NCBI GenBank assembly: GCA_963663865.1
Contig: OY760686.1
Coordinates: 3,088,590 to 3,152,589 of the forward strand
DNA: 64,000 bases
Reading direction: 5' to 3'
DNA from: Spirochaetota bacterium
GTDB lineage: Bacteria; Spirochaetota; UBA4802; UBA5550
The notes under the pieces were generated by a model. The model saw only the letters and a list, made by a program, of their open reading frames with translations, did no database searches and was not told where the DNA came from. This document shows positions 10,903 through 19,582 of the stretch, one piece after another (the first letter of the stretch is position 1; every line of letters starts with the position of its first letter). Both the position numbers and the translations under genes were made by a program.

Positions 10903-13900
10903 TTATAGATGTGTGATAAAAACCGGAATTAGTCCAATGCCCTCATCAATCCTGTCGAGGGCTTTTCCAATCACAGTGCCTATTTTATCAAACGAGTCAA
11001 TCTTTCCCCTGATGCCGCAGCCGGGAGTATCAGACGTCACAATGAGATCTCCTGGATTTACTGGTCCCTTCCTCGCGTCCACCTTGCACATGACCCTCCC
11101 CGCAAGAGCCACAGGATATGCCTTCTGCTCATCACCGGAGTTGTTGATTACAAGCATGGGATTTCCGGCTACAATACCGACAACAGACTGTGAGTAGGGC
11201 GCCGAAGAGCGCTTTAACGCCGATTTCCCTGAATCCGAAACGACAAGCAGGTCGCCCGGTGATATATACTCAGTTTCTTCAACAACGAACATCTCTACTA
11301 TGCTTGCCGGATATTGCCCCTTTCCGTCTCCTGTTATTTTTACCTGCCCATCGAAGACAGATCTTCCATTAACAAGAAGGGCATCGCCGTTACCCGCAAG
11401 ATTAACGCTTTTATCGTAGTCGGAAAGCCTTCCGAAGCCGTCGGCAACCAGGGAAAAACCGTGCTCACTGGAAAAAACTCCGCCCGCACCGAACCTTGAC
11501 AGACCGAGAACGCCGCAGCCGGAAACACCGTTTTCTCCACCAGCAGACTGCCCCCTTACACCAACAAAACCTCCGTGCCCCACTACACCGTAGCTCTGAA
11601 CAGTTTTCGTGCTGAGAATGCCTGCCACACCGGCTACCCCGATAGAACCTGCTTCTTTAGAGGCATTTTGCCCATATATTACGGCTGAGCCGTCAGACGG
11701 CGGCGTAATATCCGGAAATGCTTCATTCCTTTCCTGCTTGATGCTGATTGTTCCCGAATGGCTTTTAAACTCATGAAGCAGGGGAGCATAGTCATGGGTA
11801 TGTTCGAGTGGTTCCCTCCGGTCATAAAGCCTGGGGTCATTCCCCTGGACGGCGGTTCCCTCCTTGTTTTCACCCTGCTGTGCAAGCCTTACAATTCCGG
11901 GCGTTTTTTCCGTCGCGGGTTTCAGTCTTCTGTCGCTACCCTGAACAGCAACTCCTTTCTTCTCCTCGCCATCCTCGCCGAGTTCAACTATCCCCCTTGA
12001 AATAGTAGTAGCCTCTTTCAGACGGCGGTCATTTCCCTGTACGACAACACCGGCCGCGTCCTCTCCGTCCTCTGCAAGCTCAACTATTCCCGGCGACAGA
12101 GTTGAGGCTTTACGAAGCCTTTTGTCGCTTCCCTGAACAGCTGCAAATGGTGAAGAATCCCCATCAGAAGCGAATCTCATTATACCGGCAGAATCTTCTG
12201 TTGCGTCCTTAAGTCTTTTATCATTGCCCTGGACAACCACTCCCGGTCTGTCCTCTCCATCCTCTGCCAGTTCCACAATCCCTCTGGAACCAGTCGTAGC
12301 ATCCCTCAATCGGCGGTCATTGCCCTGTACAACAACACCGGCCGCGTCCTCTCCGTCCTCGGCAAGCTCGACTATTCCGGGAGATAATGTGGTTGAGGGC
12401 CTGAGTCTTTTGTCGCTTGCCTGAACTGCTGTTAAGGGCTTTTCGGTCCCGTCAGGGGCAAACTGCATAATTCCCTTAAAGGTCTCTGACGCGTCCTTTA
12501 ATCGACGATCGTTTCCCTGAACAACAACGCCGGCCGCGTCTTCACCGTCCTCAGCAAGCTCGACTATTCCCCTGGAACCCGTAGTAGCGTCCTTCAATCG
12601 GCGGTCATTGCCCTGTACAACAACGCCGGCCGCGTCCTCTCCGTCCTCAGCAAGCTCGACTATTCCCCTGGAACCCGTCGTGGCGTCTTTCAATCGGCGG
12701 TCATTGCCCTGTACAACAACGCCGGCCGCGTCCTCTCCGTCCTCAGCAAGCTCGACAATTCCCCTGGAACCCGTCGTGGCGTCTTTCAATCGGCGGTCAT
12801 TGCCCTGTATAGCTACACCTTCAGAGCTTTCTCCATCTTCAGCGAGCTCAACAATTCCCTTGAAAGCTGTTGACGCATCGCGAAGTCTCCTGTCATCGGC
12901 CTGTACAACACATCCTATTGTGTTTTCACCGTTTTTCGCGAGTTTTACAATACCGAAGCTGCTGTCCGTTGCCTTTTGAATCCTGCTGTCATTTCCGGTG
13001 ATGACAGCGCTCCCGGTATACAGGCCGTCCGGGCAGAGCTTTACGATTCCAAAAGTCGAATCGGTCGCTTCAGAAAGCCTTGAATCAGAGCCCTGTACAG
13101 CGGTTCCGGGCTGGGTCTCTCTGTCATAGGCAAGCCTTACAATGCCATTCTTTTCCTCAGTTGCGGGCTTGAGCCTTGAATCCGAACCCTGTACGGCTAT
13201 ACCGGCTGAGTTATCTCCGTCCTCTGCGAGCTGTACTATTCCCTTAAATATCGTTGTAGCATCACAAAGCCTTCTGTCGCTTCCCTGCACTGCCGTTCCC
13301 GGCGAATCTCCCCCATCGGCCGCCAGCTTAACGATGCCGGCCTGAAAGGTTGAAGCATATTGCGGCATTCCTGAAGCGTTGTGAGCGTGCGAATAGTCAA
13401 ACAAAGCAGCGAATATTTCTAAGGACGCCAGTTCAATCGAGAAACCACCAGCGGTATCCTTAGCTCCTCTTCCCTCAAACCTTATGTATCGGACAGGGCA
13501 TATTTCCATATTCCAGGAATATCTCTTCATCGGCTCCGCTTTGAATGATTTTTCCTCAAAAAGCGGAAGGAACAATTCCCCGTCTGTGCTGATATCGACG
13601 TTGAATTTTTCTGGGAAAAGCCCCGAAGAAGCCCCAATAATTATTCTGTTAACGTGATACACCGCGCCAAGATCAATGAGCAGTGTTTCCAGGCCGCTTT
13701 TACCTCTTGAGGGCGACCGCCAGACAAGGTCATGCGCTCCCCTGAACAGATTTTCAGCAGAAGTTTCGGCCGAGGCCGAATCAGCGGTCACTGCCGCAAC
13801 CCCCGATATCCCCCCCGAAAAAGATGCAATTTTACAAACAGCCTTTCCGTCTTCACGGGCATTGAGCCCCGTCACGTATAGCTTATAAAACCTGTACTGC

Positions 13901-14244
13901 ACCGGCGGAAGCGGAAGAATATAGGGACTTCCGCTGCATCTGTATGCAGACTCTGATTTAAGAACATGCCACAGACTGCCATCGGTACTCGCTTCTATTC
14001 TGAAGTCGCGCGGAAAAGACTTCTCTTCGGATGGGACCGGAGCGATCTCTATGCTGTCTATTACAGGCGAATCCTTAAGATCAATAACCACGTATTCAGG
14101 CCTGCCGTCAAAGCCCTCTGAAGTCTGCCAGAATCCGCCCTCTTTCAACAGATTGCCCGCGGAATGAGCCGCATCCGACTCGGACGAGAAGGAGTGTATT
14201 GATGACTGATACTTCTGAGCTCTGCTTATGTTTATAAATTTCAT
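10903..14244 (-). CDS. large repeat protein: two discoidin (F5/8 type C)-like domains + about 16 phage-tail-fibre-like 32-aa repeats + Gly-rich C-terminal domain; no signal peptide
   Basis: 1113 aa single ORF. Discoidin-like segments EYVVIDLKDSPVIDSIEIAPV... and LLIDLGAVYHVNRIIIG.... Repeats of form ATTGSRGIVELAEDGEDAAGVVVQGNDRRLKD resemble the ATxxxxGIVxLAT..E tail-fibre repeat. Confidence 0.8.
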   Translation of the reverse strand: MKFINISRAQKYQSSIHSFSSESDAAHSAGNLLKEGGFWQTSEGFDGRPEYVVIDLKDSPVIDSIEIAPVPSEEKSFPRDFRIEASTDGSLWHVLKSESAYRCSGSPYILPLPPVQYRFYKLYVTGLNAREDGKAVCKIASFSGGISGVAAVTADSASAETSAENLFRGAHDLVWRSPSRGKSGLETLLIDLGAVYHVNRIIIGASSGLFPEKFNVDISTDGELFLPLFEEKSFKAEPMKRYSWNMEICPVRYIRFEGRGAKDTAGGFSIELASLEIFAALFDYSHAHNASGMPQYASTFQAGIVKLAADGGDSPGTAVQGSDRRLCDATTIFKGIVQLAEDGDNSAGIAVQGSDSRLKPATEEKNGIVRLAYDRETQPGTAVQGSDSRLSEATDSTFGIVKLCPDGLYTGSAVITGNDSRIQKATDSSFGIVKLAKNGENTIGCVVQADDRRLRDASTAFKGIVELAEDGESSEGVAIQGNDRRLKDATTGSRGIVELAEDGEDAAGVVVQGNDRRLKDATTGSRGIVELAEDGEDAAGVVVQGNDRRLKDATTGSRGIVELAEDGEDAAGVVVQGNDRRLKDASETFKGIMQFAPDGTEKPLTAVQASDKRLRPSTTLSPGIVELAEDGEDAAGVVVQGNDRRLRDATTGSRGIVELAEDGEDRPGVVVQGNDKRLKDATEDSAGIMRFASDGDSSPFAAVQGSDKRLRKASTLSPGIVELAEDGEDAAGVVVQGNDRRLKEATTISRGIVELGEDGEEKKGVAVQGSDRRLKPATEKTPGIVRLAQQGENKEGTAVQGNDPRLYDRREPLEHTHDYAPLLHEFKSHSGTISIKQERNEAFPDITPPSDGSAVIYGQNASKEAGSIGVAGVAGILSTKTVQSYGVVGHGGFVGVRGQSAGGENGVSGCGVLGLSRFGAGGVFSSEHGFSLVADGFGRLSDYDKSVNLAGNGDALLVNGRSVFDGQVKITGDGKGQYPASIVEMFVVEETEYISPGDLLVVSDSGKSALKRSSAPYSQSVVGIVAGNPMLVINNSGDEQKAYPVALAGRVMCKVDARKGPVNPGDLIVTSDTPGCGIRGKIDSFDKIGTVIGKALDRIDEGIGLIPVFITHL
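11800..13360 (-). repeat. tandem array of about 16 x 96-bp coding repeats (core of near-identical units 12440-12830)
   Basis: Directly visible; consecutive 96-bp units e.g. 12596-12691 and 12692-12787 differ by only a few bases. Confidence 0.85.
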
Positions 14245-14283
14245 TTTTACTCCAGATTCTGAAAATAATTTGCGGCAGCTGTG

Positions 14284-14826
14284 CTATTGCGCCTTTAGCC
14301 GTATTCTCGGTTCAAAATAGCCGTCAGAGTTGTTTCCGTCTATTACAATCCTTGTTGGACTGACAATCAGGGTTCTTTGTCCATTTTTCTGCTTCACCAG
14401 CCTTCCCTTGAACAGAAAATAGGATGACTTTGTCTTAACGTACCCGGAAGTTATGTTTATGTATCTTGTCTGTGGAACCTTTTTCATCTCTGAAAGATTG
14501 ACCCTTATCGTCTGGTCATCTTCAAGCGTATAGATACCTCTAAAAACGAGAGCGTGAGTATTCAGCCTCAGCGTTATAACAGCCCTGTAATTTTTGTAGA
14601 ACCTGAACTCGTAGCCGTATCCGTCCGGATAAAAAAGCTGCCACACACCCCTTATTCCCTCAAAATCCAGTGGGATATTGTCTCCCTTATCCTCCGGTGC
14701 TTCTTCAACCAGAGGCTCAGTTTCAACTTCTTCAGCGGGCTTTTCCTTTATGCATGATGAAGCCGCAACAAAAATAAACAGAATTCCTGTTATTACAGCA
14801 AAGATATTCATTCGTCTTTTTAACAT
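14284..14826 (-). CDS. putative lipoprotein
   Basis: Signal peptide with lipobox (FVAASSC); 180 aa. Confidence 0.55.
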   Translation of the reverse strand: MLKRRMNIFAVITGILFIFVAASSCIKEKPAEEVETEPLVEEAPEDKGDNIPLDFEGIRGVWQLFYPDGYGYEFRFYKNYRAVITLRLNTHALVFRGIYTLEDDQTIRVNLSEMKKVPQTRYINITSGYVKTKSSYFLFKGRLVKQKNGQRTLIVSPTRIVIDGNNSDGYFEPRIRLKAQ

Positions 14827-14979
14827 GATTCCACCTTTGACAGGGCTGTTTCCAGCCGGGAAAGATTTATTTTACCGGGTAGACAGTCTGCTGCAGTTTT
14901 TTTTAATTTACTGATATGTCAATAATCATTTACAGCAGGTCATAACTTCAGGCAAATTTTCTGCCGAGACATCAATATG

Positions 14980-15008
14980 TTGACAAAATAGCGGTCTTTT
15001 ATTAAATT
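14980..15008 (+). promoter_or_regulatory. sigma70-like promoter of ssrA (TTGACA-N17-TAAATT)
   Basis: TTGACA at 14980-14985, 17-nt spacer, TAAATT at 15003-15008, 9 nt before tmRNA 5' GGGG. Confidence 0.5.
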
Positions 15009-15017
15009 GTATGTGCA

Positions 15018-15367
15018 GGGGACGATTTTGGTTTCGACTGCAATTGCTGGTCTTCAGTGGCATGCCGAGTATCCTGTCTTCTCGTAAAAAATGGCAGGAA
15101 TGATTTAACTGCAAACGACAACTTTGCACTAGCGGCTTAATCCCCGCTACGTCTCCGAAGGCTCCTGTCCTCTGGGATCTTCACGAGGCGTCATAATCAG
15201 AGGATAGCCAATGAACAGTCTCCCGGGTTCAGAGGTGAAATTTAAGGGAGAACGGCATGCAGGACGGTGCCTTTCCCGGCCCGCATACTGTAACAAAAGA
15301 ACAGGCTAAGCATGTAGAAGCTGTGGATTTGGATTGTAGGACGCGGGTTCGACTCCCGCCGTCTCCA
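15018..15367 (+). ncRNA. ssrA: tmRNA (transfer-messenger RNA), tag peptide ANDNFALAA
   Basis: 5' GGGGACGATTTTGGTTTCGAC and 3' GGACGCGGGTTCGACTCCCGCCGTCTCCA match conserved tmRNA acceptor/T-arm ends; internal reading frame GCAAACGACAACTTTGCACTAGCGGCTTAA gives ANDNFALAA then stop. Confidence 0.85.
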
Positions 15368-15379
15368 AGACTTAACTCC

Positions 15380-16021
15380 CTATTCCTCAAGAAATCCGGC
15401 TATATCCATAGTATCGGCAAACCTTCCGCCAACACGGCTAAGCAGGATTTTTTTTACTGAATCAGGAATGATTTCCTGGACATCCCTTGTTTCATTTTGT
15501 CTGTCCATGTAGATAATGTTGAGCTCAGAGTCAACTGCTACAAACATGCTGTACATATCAATGTATTGAAGTTCGGGAGAATAGAAACCGTCCACCTCAT
15601 AGATGACAAGAGCGTCGAGACCGCTGTCTGCCATGACTTTCATAAGAGCTTCGCGGTTCATTCTTAAAAAAAGATTAATAACACCTGTTGTTTTAAATTT
15701 CAAAAAGGATTTATTCTCAGAGTACTGGCAGAATTTTCCAAAAACAGCGTCGTACGAATAAACCGCTTCGGTCAGATTTTTGTCCTCAAGAAAGACAAAG
15801 GGCCTGCTCTCGCGGTATGCTCCCGCCCACTTCTGAAGCGAAAGCATTAGCTCCTCGCGCGGAAGCATTGTGCTTGCGGGGGTTCTCAATATTACACCGG
15901 CCTTGCTCACTGAAGAGAGCTTTGCCGAATCAGACAGCTCCTTCTTCACCCCGTAAGACGAACAACCGGCAGCAACCGAGAAAAGCACCGATACTATAAA
16001 TAATCGAAATAATGTTTTCAT
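15380..16021 (-). CDS. putative lipoprotein
   Basis: Signal peptide MKTLFRLFIVSVLFSVAAGCSS with lipobox. Confidence 0.5.
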   Translation of the reverse strand: MKTLFRLFIVSVLFSVAAGCSSYGVKKELSDSAKLSSVSKAGVILRTPASTMLPREELMLSLQKWAGAYRESRPFVFLEDKNLTEAVYSYDAVFGKFCQYSENKSFLKFKTTGVINLFLRMNREALMKVMADSGLDALVIYEVDGFYSPELQYIDMYSMFVAVDSELNIIYMDRQNETRDVQEIIPDSVKKILLSRVGGRFADTMDIAGFLEE

Positions 16022-16040
16022 TGTTTATTCCCTCTAATTT

Positions 16041-16841
16041 TCAATCAAGGAGGCCGAACACCTGTGGCGCTGCGTCCGTAAGGGCCCATGCGACAGGCTC
16101 ACTGGAAACACCGCCGTAATAATCGACCATGTTAAAATGCCCGAGCCAGGTTAAAAGATAAAAATCGATAAATGACGCAAAGAACAGGTCATTTTTTCTT
16201 GCAACGCCAGTCAACTCACTGAAATCGTTAGCTACCTCCTGAACCTGCGCTTTTTTTCTTCTGAGAAGCACATCCCTGAATATTGAGCGGTCCCGCTGCA
16301 GAAGTTCAGCCAGCTCATGGTCTGAAGGGAACAGCTCTTTCCATTCAACATCATTCCAGAAGGTTCTCATCAGTCTGCAATAGAGCAGACGCCGGTCGCC
16401 TTCAACACCGGAAACCTTCACTCGCCCCTTCGATTTCTCAATCAGGCCGCAGACCTTCATTATCATTGCCATCTGCCTGAGATATATATCGGCGAGGCAA
16501 TGGTCGATTTTTTCATGAGAAGAACACTGGCTGATAAAACTGTCGGCTGAAATACTGTAGTATTCATCCGGCAGAAGACATCCCCTGTCATGCGAACACT
16601 CCCTGCCGTCAGCAGTTGCCGCAATAAAACTACAGAGCCTTACGGCCAAGCAGTTCTCCGCTTCCGCCGGAGCCGAGTCCCGGTCTGAAACGATATAGGC
16701 GTGGTAGGAGGAAGCTGCGTCAAAACGCTCCATCACTGACGGCACAGCCGACTGCGACGGATAACAGGCAGAAAAATCCACTCCCGCGGTAAAAAAAGAC
16801 ATTTTTTTTCTTTTTGCTGTGATGTAGCCGTTATCTGACAT
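16041..16841 (-). CDS. hypothetical protein
   Basis: 266 aa ORF, Cys/His-rich central region, no family recognised. Confidence 0.45.
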   Translation of the reverse strand: MSDNGYITAKRKKMSFFTAGVDFSACYPSQSAVPSVMERFDAASSYHAYIVSDRDSAPAEAENCLAVRLCSFIAATADGRECSHDRGCLLPDEYYSISADSFISQCSSHEKIDHCLADIYLRQMAMIMKVCGLIEKSKGRVKVSGVEGDRRLLYCRLMRTFWNDVEWKELFPSDHELAELLQRDRSIFRDVLLRRKKAQVQEVANDFSELTGVARKNDLFFASFIDFYLLTWLGHFNMVDYYGGVSSEPVAWALTDAAPQVFGLLD

Positions 16842-17213
16842 TCAACCTTCCGCCGTTAAAAACCGAACATAATTATACAATGCGACAGGGAAGCGTCCGC
16901 CCTGCTATCGTGCAAGTCTGAAGCTTTCGCAACACTATACGAATTAATTAATTTAGTAAATTAATTTTTTATTTCTGACAAAATAATTTGCATATTTACT
17001 ATTAATCCTATTAATTCGATTACCATTAAACTTCCGGCGCTGCCTTTCCACTGCTGTGGATTAATAAAAAAAATTCAGACATCCCTAACAGCCTTGATCG
17101 CATGCGGTACAGGCTGAACGATATCTGAATCCGATTTACTTCAAACAGTACTATCACTGCACGTCTTAACTGTCTTGTTGATCAACGCCTATGAGTCAAC
17201 CAAATTTCTCCGC

Positions 17214-17921
17214 TTAACCCAACAATGCTGAAACCGCATCTCGCTGTATGTTCCCCTGCGTGGCAAGTGCGTTTGCAGGTGAACCGCCGATTGCAGCGCC
17301 TACAGCAGAAGCGGCCTCATAGGGGTTCTCAACATCTACGTTATAGGTCTCAACAGCTGAGGTCATAACAGCGGCCGCCTCTCCAGCCGCTGCCTCATAG
17401 GCGGAGTAGGTATCACCCAGACTGGACTCCAGATCAGCAAAAAACTCCGGGTTTGGCCTTTCGCCTGCCGCAAGTCCCGATGCCCCGAAACGCAGCGACA
17501 CAATGGCTGCTTCAGGTGAAGGTATATCGAAGCTCACCGATGCTGCCGCCGGCGACAAAGCAGGTATAACTATGGAGGTTCTTAACTCCGGAAGGTTCTC
17601 GGGAAGCTGGCTCGACGCCTCAGCAACCGCAGCAGAATCAAGCCTGCCCGTTCTTACAGCGTCAGCGGCTGCATTCTTCAGCTGTGAAGAAACCACTATA
17701 GCCCTCTGTACAATGCTCATGGAGGCCTGCGCGACACTGAGCGCCTCGCCTAAAGCCCTCTCAACAGAAAGCCTTGAAAGGATTGCCTGATTATAATCCC
17801 GCCCATTACCAGCCGAATCAGGCCCGACTGCAGCTGAAGCCGCGCTGGAACGTACAGGAGTTCTCGGACTGTTCAAAGCCCTCCGGGCAGAAACATCGCC
17901 AATATCCGTATTGATCTTCAT
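17214..17921 (-). CDS. Ala-rich protein with flagellin-like N- and C-termini (degenerate flagellin-like)
   Basis: N-terminus MKINTDIG resembles the flagellin MxINTN start. A.LSVAQASMSIVQRA resembles the end of the flagellin N-domain. C-terminal ...GNIQRDAVSALLG resembles the flagellin C-terminus. Only 235 aa. Confidence 0.45.
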   Translation of the reverse strand: MKINTDIGDVSARRALNSPRTPVRSSAASAAVGPDSAGNGRDYNQAILSRLSVERALGEALSVAQASMSIVQRAIVVSSQLKNAAADAVRTGRLDSAAVAEASSQLPENLPELRTSIVIPALSPAAASVSFDIPSPEAAIVSLRFGASGLAAGERPNPEFFADLESSLGDTYSAYEAAAGEAAAVMTSAVETYNVDVENPYEAASAVGAAIGGSPANALATQGNIQRDAVSALLG

Positions 17922-18001
17922 GTTACCCTCCCTGTGCCCGTAATAATAATAAGAACTGAAAATGCCAATGTCAAACTGAAATTTTCAGCTTTTTCGATTG
18001 C

Positions 18002-19582
18002 TCAGAAATTACAGCTTGCGCCGGCGTCAAAACGCCTGTCGTAAACACCTTTGCTGCTGTAAACCAGCTCTGCCCTGAGATTGCATGACAGAGAAGAATT
18101 GGCTTCGAGCACTATAAGGATTGCATTGATATTAAGAGCTTTTCTGAACATGCTTCCAGTGCTGACTGACCCGGCAAAGGGCGCCGGATTGAGAAATACA
18201 GGGTTATGGGCAGATGCTTCGACTCTGATATAGTCAAACCTCATTCGGACAAGCTCCGGTTCCGTCCACTTGAGCGCGCACCCTGCTGACCAGGCTGCCT
18301 CCGCCCCTCTCCTCTTCTGAAGGGATGAGCTCATTAACACGGACAGCCCCCGGCGGAAAAGCGCCGATCCTGAGAGCTTGAACTGATGTGAGACTGCCAG
18401 CCCATCCCCGTCAGTCACCAGGTGAACATATTTCATCTTCGCTGAAAATGATTCAGATTTGCGCTCAAGGAATGCCTCTTCCCGATGAGCAGAACGCAGA
18501 TATGCTGATTGCCCTGATGCGGAATTGTTTACTTCAGCTGAAGAACTCAGCCCGGCATTGAGTTTTCTCGAAAGCTTAAGAAGCAATGCCCCTTCATATC
18601 TCGCTGAGGGGGCGCCCGGATCGCTGCTGACGGGAGCGAAAAAGCCCTGCCTCATCCCTTCACCAGAGACGGACAACGTATAAAAGCCCGGGCTGATTAC
18701 AAGTCCCCCGGAAAACCCCAGGCTGTCCGAGCGTCCGGCGGCGCCTGACTCCTGCAGACGAAAGGCACATCCGGCCTCAAACCATGCGGTAAATGTTTTG
18801 TCGCTGTACCCGGCAAAGAGGCTTTCTCCTCCATAGCCCCAGTGAGCAGCGCTGCCGTCTCCGCTCCCGACTTGCATTTTTCTCATCGTGTAATCGAAAA
18901 CGCCTCCTCTCAGAAAGCACAGCTGAATAGAAAAGTTTTTTAAATACAACAGGGCCAGAACTATACCTGAGTCCAACAGCATGACCGGCTCAGTGTACTT
19001 TTCTGAGGGATTAAGCTTCGTATTGATACCCGATATTGATACGGTGGTACGCCCGCTGTCAAAGTCACCGCCGGGGAAATAGCGCCTCCTGCATGAAATA
19101 AATGGGTACAGGGCTATTCTGTTCTCATCTGTCCCGAACGAGATCCCGGCGGCAGCCCCGGCCATCAAATAGAGAGGATTAGCGGTGGCCGGGGCTGCGA
19201 TCACTGCAGAGCGGCCCGCCCTCCTGCGGGGCGAAAAAGCGTCAGCGCTGAAAAAGCTGCGTTTCCCGAGGATGAGCCCTGTTCCGGAGGAAACCGTGTA
19301 TCCGCCAAGAGCGATCTCAAAGCCGGGCAGCGCATCCCCCAGATAGAGGCTCCCCGCCCATGTCCTGTCAGCTTCTGAAGGGACATCGGCATAACCCGCG
19401 CTGAAATGCGAATCCTCCGATAGATTGAGCTTTACCAGAGACCTGAAATACTCCTTCTCTGACGCATCGTAATCTACATAGTCTCTCCTGAACTCCGTTT
19501 TAATGAGATACTCGGGATACCGCTCAGCCTCAGCACCTGCGGCTGCCAGAATAAGCGCTGCTGTTACAGATAGGAGGAACAC
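18002..19582 (-). CDS. putative outer-membrane beta-barrel protein
   Basis: Signal peptide, alternating amphipathic pattern, C-terminal Phe (ASCNF); 19-bp overlap with upstream gene. Confidence 0.5.
   Translation of the reverse strand: MFLLSVTAALILAAAGAEAERYPEYLIKTEFRRDYVDYDASEKEYFRSLVKLNLSEDSHFSAGYADVPSEADRTWAGSLYLGDALPGFEIALGGYTVSSGTGLILGKRSFFSADAFSPRRRAGRSAVIAAPATANPLYLMAGAAAGISFGTDENRIALYPFISCRRRYFPGGDFDSGRTTVSISGINTKLNPSEKYTEPVMLLDSGIVLALLYLKNFSIQLCFLRGGVFDYTMRKMQVGSGDGSAAHWGYGGESLFAGYSDKTFTAWFEAGCAFRLQESGAAGRSDSLGFSGGLVISPGFYTLSVSGEGMRQGFFAPVSSDPGAPSARYEGALLLKLSRKLNAGLSSSAEVNNSASGQSAYLRSAHREEAFLERKSESFSAKMKYVHLVTDGDGLAVSHQFKLSGSALFRRGLSVLMSSSLQKRRGAEAAWSAGCALKWTEPELVRMRFDYIRVEASAHNPVFLNPAPFAGSVSTGSMFRKALNINAILIVLEANSSLSCNLRAELVYSSKGVYDRRFDAGASCNF

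Noticed and set aside
12224-13345. Plus-strand ORFs with repeated PCTTTPAASSPSSASSTIP motifs
   Set aside because: Reverse-strand shadow of the tandem repeats of the large minus-strand gene; the minus-strand frame is uninterrupted for 1113 aa and has recognisable domains.
10903-14244. Large repeat protein as part of a tailocin or contractile injection system cluster
   Set aside because: No sheath, tube, baseplate or AAA+ ATPase genes flank it within about 10 kb on either side; flanking genes are thioredoxin, HtrA and lipoproteins.
15257-15460. 67-aa plus-strand ORF MQDGAFPGPHTVTKEQ...
   Set aside because: Lies entirely over the 3' half of the tmRNA (ssrA) and continues into the downstream gene on the other strand; it is a product of the RNA gene sequence, not a CDS.
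15368-16021. Genomic island integrated at the tmRNA 3' end
   Set aside because: tmRNA genes are classic integration hotspots, but no integrase, direct repeat of the ssrA 3' end, or compositional shift is visible downstream; the next gene is an ordinary lipoprotein.
17503-17790. Plus-strand 95-aa Ala-rich ORF inside the flagellin-like gene
   Set aside because: GC-rich Ala-coding sequence yields open frames on both strands; the minus-strand ORF is longer (235 aa) and has recognisable flagellin-like termini, so the plus ORF is treated as a shadow.
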